The notes beneath the pieces are model-generated. The model ran no database searches. It worked only from the letters and a program-made list of their open reading frames with translations, and had not been told where the DNA came from. From contig CAWIPH010000002.1 of the NCBI GenBank assembly GCA_963837955.1, forward strand, positions 4,192,001 to 4,256,000: 64,000 nt of DNA, in the 5' to 3' direction. Shown piece by piece: positions 9,978-18,067 of this stretch. A program made the translations under genes and the position numbers. Source of the DNA: an uncultured Verrucomicrobiae bacterium. Lineage in GTDB: Bacteria > Verrucomicrobiota > Verrucomicrobiia > Chthoniobacterales > JAFAMB01. How positions within the stretch are numbered: position 1 is the first letter of the stretch; each line of letters starts with the position of its first letter.

Positions 9978-10202
9978 AGCGCCGAGAACGCCGAGAACGC
10001 CGTGAACGCCGTGAACGCCGGGAACGCCGGGAACGCCGGGAGCGCCGGGAGCGCCGGGAACGCCGAGAACGCCGGGAGCGCCGGGAACGCCGAGAACGCC
10101 GGGAACGCCGGGAACGCCGGGAGCGCCGGGAACGCCGGGAACGCCGGGAGCGCCGGGAGCGCCGGGAACGCCGGGAGCGCCGGGAACGCCGGGAGCGCCG
10201 TC
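9978..10202 (+). repeat. Tandem array of 25 x 9-bp units, consensus A(A/G)CGCCGGG
   Basis: Units counted directly; variants AACGCCGGG, AGCGCCGGG, AACGCCGAG, AGCGCCGAG, AACGCCGTG, terminal AGCGCCGTC. Confidence 0.98.
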
Positions 10203-10317
10203 ATCGCGTGGCTGACCTAAGAACGCAGTCGCCTCGTTCGAATTTTCTGGTCGGGCAAGACATGCCCATCGGCGGGACGGTCGCCGCTGCCGAGACATCC
10301 GCATGCGCTTTTTAGGC

Positions 10318-10371
10318 CGCTCCCGGCGATGACGGCGTTCTCGGCGCTCCCGGCGATGACGGCGTTCTCGG
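10318..10371 (-). repeat. Inverted partner array: 2 x 27-bp direct repeat built from the same 9-bp units in reverse orientation
   Basis: CGCTCCCGGCGATGACGGCGTTCTCGG at 10318-10344 and 10345-10371; its sub-units are reverse complements of GGGAGCGCC, GAGAACGCC and CGCCGTCATCGC found in the left array and at its right edge. Confidence 0.92.
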
Positions 10372-10377
10372 CGTTGT

Positions 10378-11853
10378 CTACTCGATCCCCCAATCCCGCA
10401 GTTTTTGACTCACCCGGTGCTGCGTGGCTTCATCCATGCGCACCAACTGCGGCCATTCCCGATGGTAGCCTTCGCCTGCGAGTTTGCGGGTGGCATCAAA
10501 TCCCATATGGGACCCGACATTCGGATGAGTGGTAGCGTGGTCAAGGCTGTCGGACGGATTCTTAATGAAAGTCGTGTCCCGTTGCGGGTCGGTATTAGCG
10601 CAGAGCCGGAACAGCACCTCACTGGTATTTCTGACATCGCAATCTTCATCAACGACCACAATATACTTGGAGAACATCATTTGGCCCATCCCCCACAGCC
10701 CATGCATGATCTTGTAAGCTTGATAAGGATATTGTTTCCGAATGCTCACAAAAACGAGGTTGTGAAATACTCCCTCGGCGGGCAGAGCCATATCGACTAT
10801 TTCCGGGAAATTCATCTTAAAGACAGGCAGAAAAATGCGCACGCTGGCGTCACCAATATAAAAATCTTCCATCGGCGGAACCCCAACGATTGTCGCAGGG
10901 TAAATCGCCTTTCGGCGGTGAGTAATCGCCGTGATATGAAAAACCGGATAAGGATCGATTGGTGTGTAGAACCCAGTGTGGTCGCCAAACGGTCCCTCGC
11001 CTCTTAGCTCTCCAGGTTGCACGTAGCCTTCCAAGACAAAGTCGACATCTGCCGGAACTTCGAGCTCGTTGGATTCACACTTAACCAGCTCCACCGATTT
11101 CTTGCGAATGAAGCCGGCGAACAATACCTCATCCAAGCCATCCGGAAGAGGAGCGGTTGCCGCAAAGGTGTAGGCTGGATCCCCTCCCAGACAGACCGCT
11201 ACCGGCATCGGCTCATTGCGTTCGTAGTAGAGTCGACCGTGCCGCGCACCTACTTTGTGGACTTGCCAATGCATGCCGGTCGTCTGGCCATCATACAGCT
11301 GCATACGGTACATCCCGACGTTGCGTTGCCCGCTTTCCGGATCACGTGTGTAGACGTTTGGCAAGGTGATAAAACGCCCTCCGTCTTTCGGCCAACAGTG
11401 CAAGATCGGAAGATCCCGAAGAGAGAACGAATCACCCGGCTGAAACCGGTGGATGACCTCTTTGCATGGACCGCCGGAGACCTTCTTCGGCCTGGCATGT
11501 AACAAATCCAATCCCTGCCGCAGCATATTCCATCCTTCGGTAACCGAGGTGGGCGGCTTTGCTTTCAGAATCAACTGTACCTGGTGAGCTAATTCTTCTA
11601 CCGAGTCCAAACCTAGCGCCCGAGCCATCCGCCGTTCTGAGCCAAGTAAATTGATCGCGACCGGAAATTGTGAGGGAGAGCCGTCGATCGTGGGCTTTTC
11701 GAAGAGAAGCGCTTTTCCGCCCCCGCTCTTCTTCATCTCCCGGTCGGCAAATTCAGTAATCTCGAGTTCAGTCGCGACCGGTTCGGCGAAGCGAATGAGT
11801 TCCCCACGTCGATCCAGCTCGCCGACAAATTGTTCAAGAGACGGATAAGCCAT
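10378..11853 (-). CDS. ubiD: UbiD-family prFMN-dependent decarboxylase (MqnL-like, menaquinone futalosine pathway)
   Basis: WPKDGGRFITLP, NVGMYRMQ, EGPFGDHTGFY, GLWGMGQMMFSK, GFDATRK. Confidence 0.92.
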   Translation of the reverse strand: MAYPSLEQFVGELDRRGELIRFAEPVATELEITEFADREMKKSGGGKALLFEKPTIDGSPSQFPVAINLLGSERRMARALGLDSVEELAHQVQLILKAKPPTSVTEGWNMLRQGLDLLHARPKKVSGGPCKEVIHRFQPGDSFSLRDLPILHCWPKDGGRFITLPNVYTRDPESGQRNVGMYRMQLYDGQTTGMHWQVHKVGARHGRLYYERNEPMPVAVCLGGDPAYTFAATAPLPDGLDEVLFAGFIRKKSVELVKCESNELEVPADVDFVLEGYVQPGELRGEGPFGDHTGFYTPIDPYPVFHITAITHRRKAIYPATIVGVPPMEDFYIGDASVRIFLPVFKMNFPEIVDMALPAEGVFHNLVFVSIRKQYPYQAYKIMHGLWGMGQMMFSKYIVVVDEDCDVRNTSEVLFRLCANTDPQRDTTFIKNPSDSLDHATTHPNVGSHMGFDATRKLAGEGYHREWPQLVRMDEATQHRVSQKLRDWGIE

Positions 11854-11986
11854 CAATCAACAAATTGGCGAATAGCAGGCACATCCACAAGGCCTGTTGT
11901 TAGGGCTCAAAGATCGTGTCTGGCAAATCGGGTTTAGCTACGACGGAGCCACCAGCGCAGTCAAGCGCACTCCGTCACCTCCAAAG

Positions 11987-12433
11987 TTATCGAAGATACT
12001 CCCAGCCGGTACATCGATTTCCTTCGAAAAACGCAGTCTTATAGGGAACTTCGATCGTGTCGATATCGTAGTAGGGATCGTAGAAGCCGTAACGATAATG
12101 AAATCCGGGCCAATAATGGTAATAATGATAGAACCCGAACCTGGCGTAATCCGGATAGTAGTAGCCGGCATAAACCGTCCGGTACGTTGTGTAAACCCAG
12201 GCTTCAAATGAATGACCGTTGCGATAACCCACCTGGACGTGGTCCGGTGCACCCCAAGCCAAGTAGACCTGGTCTCTAGTAAAGCCAGCCCGAACTTGCC
12301 CTGACCTAACCAACTCTTGATCCGCAGGCGAAAGCTGAGCATACGCGTACGGTTTTTCTTTAATCCGGTCCTCGACCGTCGAGCAGCTGGCCAGGAGCGC
12401 GAGCACCAAAGCAAAAACCAGTCGCCGTTTCAT
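11987..12433 (-). CDS. Lipoprotein with SmpA/BamE-like motif and Tyr-rich insert
   Basis: Signal peptide with lipobox LASC; GFTRDQVYLAWGAP motif. Confidence 0.75.
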   Translation of the reverse strand: MKRRLVFALVLALLASCSTVEDRIKEKPYAYAQLSPADQELVRSGQVRAGFTRDQVYLAWGAPDHVQVGYRNGHSFEAWVYTTYRTVYAGYYYPDYARFGFYHYYHYWPGFHYRYGFYDPYYDIDTIEVPYKTAFFEGNRCTGWEYLR

Positions 12434-12495
12434 AACCCGGAGAGTAAAGCGAATTTCCCTCCGTATAAAGGGAATCCGTAACGGAGACGAAGTAT

Positions 12496-12587
12496 GTAGT
12501 GTACGACTTCGGCCTGTCGGATTCTCTGAGCAGGTGCTGCGTCTTCGGCAGTCATCGGACTATGTCGGACAAGGTAGTCGCCGCTAT
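12496..12587. repeat. REP-like composite palindrome
   Basis: GTAG...CGACT / AGTCG...CTAT imperfect arms; internal CTATGTCGGACA is the reverse complement of TGTCCGACATAG at 37374-37385. Confidence 0.55.
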
Positions 12588-12634
12588 CGCTTGAGCGGTC
12601 TTGCGTTGACCGGTTGCCGGATTAGACTCTCTGC

Positions 12635-13636
12635 ATGGAGGATCGGTTCGGCCATCGTATTAGCTATCTTCGAGTTTCAGTCACGGACCGTTGCAACGAA
12701 CGATGCGTCTACTGTATGCCTCAAGAGCTTCAGGAATGGCTGCCGCATCACGAGATCCTGACCTACCAAGAGATGCAACGCCTGGTCCGAGTTGCTTCAG
12801 AATTAGGAGTAAAAAAAGTTCGAATCACCGGCGGCGAACCACTCACTCGAAGAAATATTCTCGAGTTTTTCCGTCAGATCAGCGTACTACCTAAAATCCA
12901 AGAGATTGGGGTATCGACCAACGGCTCCCTTTTGGCGAAGGAGGTTGCCCCTGGTGTCACTATGGCCCAAGCATTGCGTGAACACCGCGTGACCAGTCTC
13001 AACGTCTCGCTCGATACGCTTCAGGCCGAAACCTACGCCGCAATTACAGGCCGAGATTTGTTGGATCAAACCCTGGCTGGCCTCCGCGCCGCTAAACACG
13101 CTGGCTTTACCAACATCCGGCTCAATACGGTGCTCATGCGAGGCAGGAATGAGCAGGAGCTTTCCGAACTCGTCCGATTTGCGCGACTTCACCAATTTTT
13201 GATACGCTTCATCGAGTTGATGCCCGTGAGCACCCAAACTGTTCTCGATGACGAGAATTTCCTCCCGATTGCGGAAGCAAAGCGCCTCATCGAGTCGGAG
13301 TTCGGTACATTGATAGTAGATTCCCAATTCCGAACGAATGGTCCTGCCGTGTATTATCAATGTTCAGACCATCCTCAGCGGATTGGCTTTATTGGTGCAT
13401 TGACCAACCTTCATTTTTGCGAGAGCTGTAACAAACTCCGACTTACTTGCGAAGGTAAGCTCCGTCCCTGTTTGGGCAGCCATCTCGAATTCGACATCAA
13501 GAAACCGCTCCGGGAAGGCGCTTCTGACGAGGAGCTTGAACGATTTTTCCGGCAAGTTGTAGATCAGAAACCGGAAATGCATGAGTTTCGATCGAACTAC
13601 CAACCCGGTCGAAAGATGGTCGCCATCGGAGGCTAA
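12635..13636 (+). CDS. moaA: GTP 3',8-cyclase (radical SAM)
   Basis: YLRVSVTDRCNERCVYC, TGGEP, FCESCNKLRL...PCL, C-terminal IGG. Confidence 0.97.
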   Translation: MEDRFGHRISYLRVSVTDRCNERCVYCMPQELQEWLPHHEILTYQEMQRLVRVASELGVKKVRITGGEPLTRRNILEFFRQISVLPKIQEIGVSTNGSLLAKEVAPGVTMAQALREHRVTSLNVSLDTLQAETYAAITGRDLLDQTLAGLRAAKHAGFTNIRLNTVLMRGRNEQELSELVRFARLHQFLIRFIELMPVSTQTVLDDENFLPIAEAKRLIESEFGTLIVDSQFRTNGPAVYYQCSDHPQRIGFIGALTNLHFCESCNKLRLTCEGKLRPCLGSHLEFDIKKPLREGASDEELERFFRQVVDQKPEMHEFRSNYQPGRKMVAIGG

Positions 13637-13652
13637 CGCTCTAACGCATCGG

Positions 13653-14102
13653 ATGGAACTGACACATCTCACTAGCGAGGGCCAAGTGTCCATGGTCGAC
13701 GTATCCGCCAAACCCATCGCACGGCGGACGGCGGTAGCGGAGGGATTGATCCGTCTCCAAACGACCACGCTAGAAAAGATTAATCGATCGCAGATCGCCA
13801 AAGGCAATGTTCTCGCAGTGGCGCAGGTTGCGGCCATCGCGGCAGCGAAACGAACCGACGAATTGATTCCGCTTTGTCACACGCTCCCTATTCAGCATGT
13901 CGAAGTAACCTTCCAAGAGCTTCCCGAAGGGATCCGCATTCGTTGCTCTGTTGTAACCAATGCCCAGACTGGGGTCGAAATGGAAGCTTTGAGTGGCGTT
14001 TCCGTGGGTGCATTAACGATTTACGATATGTGTAAGGCGGTCGACAAAACGATGGAGATCACGGACGTCCATTTAGTGTCTAAAACCAAAGAGGTCCTGT
14101 GA
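13653..14102 (+). CDS. moaC: Cyclic pyranopterin monophosphate synthase
   Basis: LTHL...MVDVSAK, LIPLCH, TGVEMEAL, TIYDMCKAVDK; start reassigned to ATG at 13653. Confidence 0.96.
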   Translation: MELTHLTSEGQVSMVDVSAKPIARRTAVAEGLIRLQTTTLEKINRSQIAKGNVLAVAQVAAIAAAKRTDELIPLCHTLPIQHVEVTFQELPEGIRIRCSVVTNAQTGVEMEALSGVSVGALTIYDMCKAVDKTMEITDVHLVSKTKEVL

Positions 14103-14584
14103 ATCAACTCAGCGTCGGAATCATCACAGTTTCGGATCGAGCGTCGGCTGGCATATATCAAGATTTGGGTGGCCCGGCGCTCGTGAGCGAAGCCAAACAA
14201 TTCGGTTGGAGCGTCCAAGCGGAAGCAATCGTACCGGACGAAGTTTCGCAAATTCAAGAATCTGTTCGAGCCTTCGCGGCGCAAGGATGCCAAGTAATCT
14301 TGACGACTGGCGGCACAGGCATTGCGCCTCGAGATTGCACGCCCGAGGCCATCCGGGCAATCATGCGCGTCGAACTTCCCGGTTTCGGCGAGATCATGCG
14401 CGCTGAATCGATAAAGCTGACGCCAAACGCGATTCTCTCTCGGAGCTTAGCTGCGGTGGTTGATCGCTCGCTCGTGATCGCGCTTCCCGGGAAACCAGCG
14501 GGAGCAGTTGATTGCCTCAAGTTCGTGGCGGCTGCGATCCCTCACGCGGTAAAAGTGGCGCAGGGTCTGCCGACGTCATGCTAG
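14099..14584 (+). CDS. mog: Molybdopterin adenylyltransferase (MogA/MoaB)
   Basis: ITVSDRAS, TTGGTGIAPRDCTPEA, LPGKP. Confidence 0.92.
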   Translation: MNQLSVGIITVSDRASAGIYQDLGGPALVSEAKQFGWSVQAEAIVPDEVSQIQESVRAFAAQGCQVILTTGGTGIAPRDCTPEAIRAIMRVELPGFGEIMRAESIKLTPNAILSRSLAAVVDRSLVIALPGKPAGAVDCLKFVAAAIPHAVKVAQGLPTSC

Positions 14585-14608
14585 CAGCGAAACCCGGTAG
14601 ACTCTCGT

Positions 14609-15478
14609 CTAGTGGAATATACCGATCGAAAATGCTGGGGTCAGAAGGAGCAGATCTGCCAAGAAACTCAGCAACATGGGTCTGGCCCGGCATTGGATCG
14701 CTGCCATGATAACGAGGTGAATAAAGGCCAGGGTCAGAGGCAACGTACGCGGTAGATCACCCGGCAACCCCAGAAATCCGCTCAGGGAAACCATACCGAC
14801 ACCCAAACCCGCGAGAAGCAGGATCGTCATCCGTCCTCCAATTCGGGCCGGAATCGTGGGAGTGCCATGCAGGCGGTCTCCAGCCAAATCGCGAAGATCG
14901 AATACCAGGCTATTGATGCCAAGCACCAAAAAACACCAGGCGAATATGATCGCATCGAACCACGAGAATCTCTCGCCCGCTTCCAGAATCGGCCAGATAA
15001 CCAGAATGGTCGCAATAAATGCGGGGACAAAGAAGCATTTGATTCCCGGAAGATCTTTCAGCCGAATTTTAGCGCCAGGGAACGGGCGCGAATAAAACTG
15101 GAAGGCTAATGCCGCCGCTGCCAACCCAGGAAGAAGAAGAGATTGATGGGTGATGAGCGGCCAAACGATCAGAATGACCGATCCTAAGACTATTAGTACG
15201 AGTCTTTTCAGGCGAAGCCTATCGCGGTAACGGAATCGCAATGGAGTGTTTATGGAATCCGCCGGATCCGAATAGAGCCGGTCTGAGTTATAGACAACCA
15301 GATATCCGGCAAACCAGAGTGGAGCGGAAAGCTGCCAAGGCGCACCAGAGCATTGGCAAGCGGCCCAACCCAACGCAGAAACTGACAGCGCTCCAAAGAT
15401 TTCCAACAGATAAACTTCCCTGAAGAAAGTTAGTAAGAACCGAAGCTGGAGCCGGAATCTGTCCAACGAAAAGCCCAA
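14609..15478 (-). CDS. UbiA-superfamily prenyltransferase
   Basis: Multi-TM; Asp-rich motifs YNSDRLYSDPADSINTPLR and FDLRDLAGDRLHG; start codon uncertain. Confidence 0.8.
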   Translation of the reverse strand: MGFSLDRFRLQLRFLLTFFREVYLLEIFGALSVSALGWAACQCSGAPWQLSAPLWFAGYLVVYNSDRLYSDPADSINTPLRFRYRDRLRLKRLVLIVLGSVILIVWPLITHQSLLLPGLAAAALAFQFYSRPFPGAKIRLKDLPGIKCFFVPAFIATILVIWPILEAGERFSWFDAIIFAWCFLVLGINSLVFDLRDLAGDRLHGTPTIPARIGGRMTILLLAGLGVGMVSLSGFLGLPGDLPRTLPLTLAFIHLVIMAAIQCRARPMLLSFLADLLLLTPAFSIGIFH

Positions 15479-15660
15479 TCTAGTCCACCTGACTTTAAGT
15501 CAGATTGTTTCCTTGACGACCTGTCTCCGTCTACCTAGATACAGGCTGGCTGTCGTAAAAGTGGCTCGCTGACATTTTGGAACATTGACGGAGCGCCGAA
15601 AATTGCTCGTCCAGCCAGGGACTGAAGTAAAAATTAGTAAGAAAAAAAGGCAGAGTTTGC

Positions 15661-16695
15661 ATGTTTAACGGCATTTTTGGCTTATTCTCGAACGATATTG
15701 GCATTGATCTTGGGACGGCAAATACACTCGTGTATGTAAAGGATCAGGGCATCGTCTTGCGGGAACCATCAGTGGTCGCGGTCCGATCCGGCAGTAGCCA
15801 CGTCTTAGCAGTTGGCGATGAAGCTAAACGGATGCTCGGTCGCACCCCCGGGAACATTGTTGCGGTACGTCCTTTGAAGGATGGAGTCATCGCCGATTTT
15901 GAAATGACGGAAGCAATGCTCCGACATTTCATCACCAAAGTCCACAGCAGCAAATGGGTTCGGCCCCGGGTCGTTATAGCTGTGCCTTCTGGAATTACTG
16001 AAGTCGAAAAACGTGCCGTGAAAGAATCGGCCGCCCACGCCGGCGCTCGTGAGGTCTACCTTATCGAAGAACCGATGGCAGCGGCGATCGGCGTCGGTCT
16101 GCCAGTCCAGGATGCGGCCGGCAACATGATTATAGATATCGGCGGAGGAACTACGGAGGTGGCTTTAATCTCACTTTCCGGCATTGTGTTTAGTCGGAGC
16201 GTGCGCGTTGCCGGCGATGAACTCGATGAAGCGGTCGCGGGATACATGAAGCGCGCTTACAATCTTATGATTGGCGAACGCACAGCGGAAGAAATCAAGA
16301 TCAAGATCGGCAGCGCCTATCCGATGGAAAAAGAAACAAGCATGGAAGTCAAAGGACGCGATTTGGTCGCCGGTTTACCGAAGACTTTAACTATTACTTC
16401 CCAAGAAGTTCGCGAAGCTTTGCTTGAACCGATCTCTACCATAGTGGAATCGGTTCGCGTCACCTTGGAGCGTTGTCCGCCGGAGCTTTCTGCCGATCTC
16501 GTGGATCGCGGGCTGGTTCTGGCTGGCGGTGGCGCTCTGTTACGGGGTCTGGACAAGCTTTTGCAGGAGGAGACTGGGCTTCCGGTGCATGTTGCCGAGG
16601 ATCCGCTCAGCGCGGTAGCAGAAGGCACGGGGCGCGCGCTGACCGAAATTAAATTCCTTCGACAGGTCGCCTCTTCCGACAGACCAATCCGTTAG
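15661..16695 (+). CDS. mreB: Rod shape-determining actin MreB
   Basis: [43 protein letters not shown]. Confidence 0.99.
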   Translation: MFNGIFGLFSNDIGIDLGTANTLVYVKDQGIVLREPSVVAVRSGSSHVLAVGDEAKRMLGRTPGNIVAVRPLKDGVIADFEMTEAMLRHFITKVHSSKWVRPRVVIAVPSGITEVEKRAVKESAAHAGAREVYLIEEPMAAAIGVGLPVQDAAGNMIIDIGGGTTEVALISLSGIVFSRSVRVAGDELDEAVAGYMKRAYNLMIGERTAEEIKIKIGSAYPMEKETSMEVKGRDLVAGLPKTLTITSQEVREALLEPISTIVESVRVTLERCPPELSADLVDRGLVLAGGGALLRGLDKLLQEETGLPVHVAEDPLSAVAEGTGRALTEIKFLRQVASSDRPIR

Positions 16696-16710
16696 CAGAT
16701 CTCCGCTCTC

Positions 16711-17514
16711 ATGAGGGGCTCATCGATCGCGGCGCTGGCAGTTTTCGTCGTTTTGGTTGTCGCTCTCATCTTCCTTCCGGCGGGCTGCAAGCAACAAATA
16801 CAGGCTACTCTTCTCCAATTTGTCTCACCGATTTTGAAGACCAGCTCCTCGGTGCAACAGGGGTTAGGTGGAATGAGTGGTGGATTGAAAAAACTCGACG
16901 AGTTGGAGAAAGAAAATCGTCAACTCCAACAGGAAAATGAGCAGCTTCGCACGACAAACAATCTGCTCAAAAGCCTGGAAACTGAGGTTAACCGCCTTAA
17001 CAAAGCGCTCGGCTTTCGCGAACGCTCGCCCTTCCGCTTGATCCCAGCGCGCGTGATCGCCCGTGATAACGCCACCTGGTGGATCACTTGTTCGATTGAT
17101 CGAGGTAGCGAGGACGGCCTGGCAACCGATATGGCAGTCGTCACCGAATCGGGTCTTGTTGGAAAGGTGACAACCGTCGCCAAAAATATCTCTACGGTCG
17201 TTCTGATTTCTGACGAGAGCCTACGGGTCTCGGTCTCTATTGAAGGAACGAACGAGCAAGGCATCATAAGTGGTACTCGCGCCTCCTCAAATTTTGCCCC
17301 AGACCTCCGCATCCGTTTTCTGACTAAAACAGCGGAAATCAAACCAGGAATGAGAGTCACGACCTCCGGTACCGGCGGAGTGTTTCCCTCCGGCGTACTC
17401 GTTGGCACGGTTAAACAGTTCACAATTAAGGAGTTGGAAGGGGTCGCAACTGTGCAACCGGCGGTCGATTTAACCAAAGTTCAAGATGTTTTCGTAATTA
17501 GCGGCATCAAATGA
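16711..17514 (+). CDS. mreC: Rod shape-determining protein MreC
   Basis: TM + coiled coil + IDRGSEDG, GLVGKV, TSGTGGVFPSG; follows mreB. Confidence 0.95.
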   Translation: MRGSSIAALAVFVVLVVALIFLPAGCKQQIQATLLQFVSPILKTSSSVQQGLGGMSGGLKKLDELEKENRQLQQENEQLRTTNNLLKSLETEVNRLNKALGFRERSPFRLIPARVIARDNATWWITCSIDRGSEDGLATDMAVVTESGLVGKVTTVAKNISTVVLISDESLRVSVSIEGTNEQGIISGTRASSNFAPDLRIRFLTKTAEIKPGMRVTTSGTGGVFPSGVLVGTVKQFTIKELEGVATVQPAVDLTKVQDVFVISGIK

Positions 17515-18059
17515 TACGCTTGTTTCTCATTCTGGTAGTGTTGATTTTCCTCTCCTTTATATTGCAGTTATTTGTTCCCCCGATGATCTTCCTGAAGGGA
17601 GCAGCTATTCTTTTCGCTCCTGCGTTGCTTTTCTACAGTAGCCTGGCCTTCCCTTTTCCTCTGGTCCTCGTTCTGGTCTTCTTGACTGGACTTTGGAACG
17701 ATTTGCTTAATGTCCCGCAGAGTGCTGGTCATTCGGACTACGTTGTGGGTACCTCAATCGTCATCTACTTGATTCCCGCGCTGATCATGCATGGCTTTCG
17801 GCCGCTGTTTGTCAGAAAAGGCTGGGGCATTCACTTGATGCTGGCGGAACTCGCGGCGCTCCTGACCCCGTTCTGTTTGTTTGCGCAATATGCTATCCTG
17901 AGTTTCGAACGGGGTGATTTTTTCTTTAGTGATGTCATAATATGGCGCATTCTAGGTCCTGGTTTGATTGCTATGGTGACGACGCCTTTTGTTTTCCTTT
18001 TTCTCTCCTCTTTATCTAACCTGCTGGGATATCGACCACGCACGGAGGTCATGGGTTAG
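17511..18059 (+). CDS. mreD: MreD-like membrane protein
   Basis: About 5 TM helices, GLWNDLL motif, position between mreC and PBP2. Confidence 0.75.
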   Translation: MIRLFLILVVLIFLSFILQLFVPPMIFLKGAAILFAPALLFYSSLAFPFPLVLVLVFLTGLWNDLLNVPQSAGHSDYVVGTSIVIYLIPALIMHGFRPLFVRKGWGIHLMLAELAALLTPFCLFAQYAILSFERGDFFFSDVIIWRILGPGLIAMVTTPFVFLFLSSLSNLLGYRPRTEVMG

Positions 18060-18067
18060 CCGACGTT

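Noticed and set aside
9944..10220. Repeat-encoded ORFs (PAFPAL..., NAGSAG...)
   Set aside because: Expected by-products of a stop-free 9-mer; no independent coding evidence
9978..10371. CRISPR array
   Set aside because: 9-bp contiguous units with no unique spacers and no cas genes
12434..12634. Moco riboswitch upstream of moaA
   Set aside because: Motif not recognised; the structure matches a dispersed palindrome and the putative -10 lies only 6 nt from the ATG. An Rfam scan would settle it
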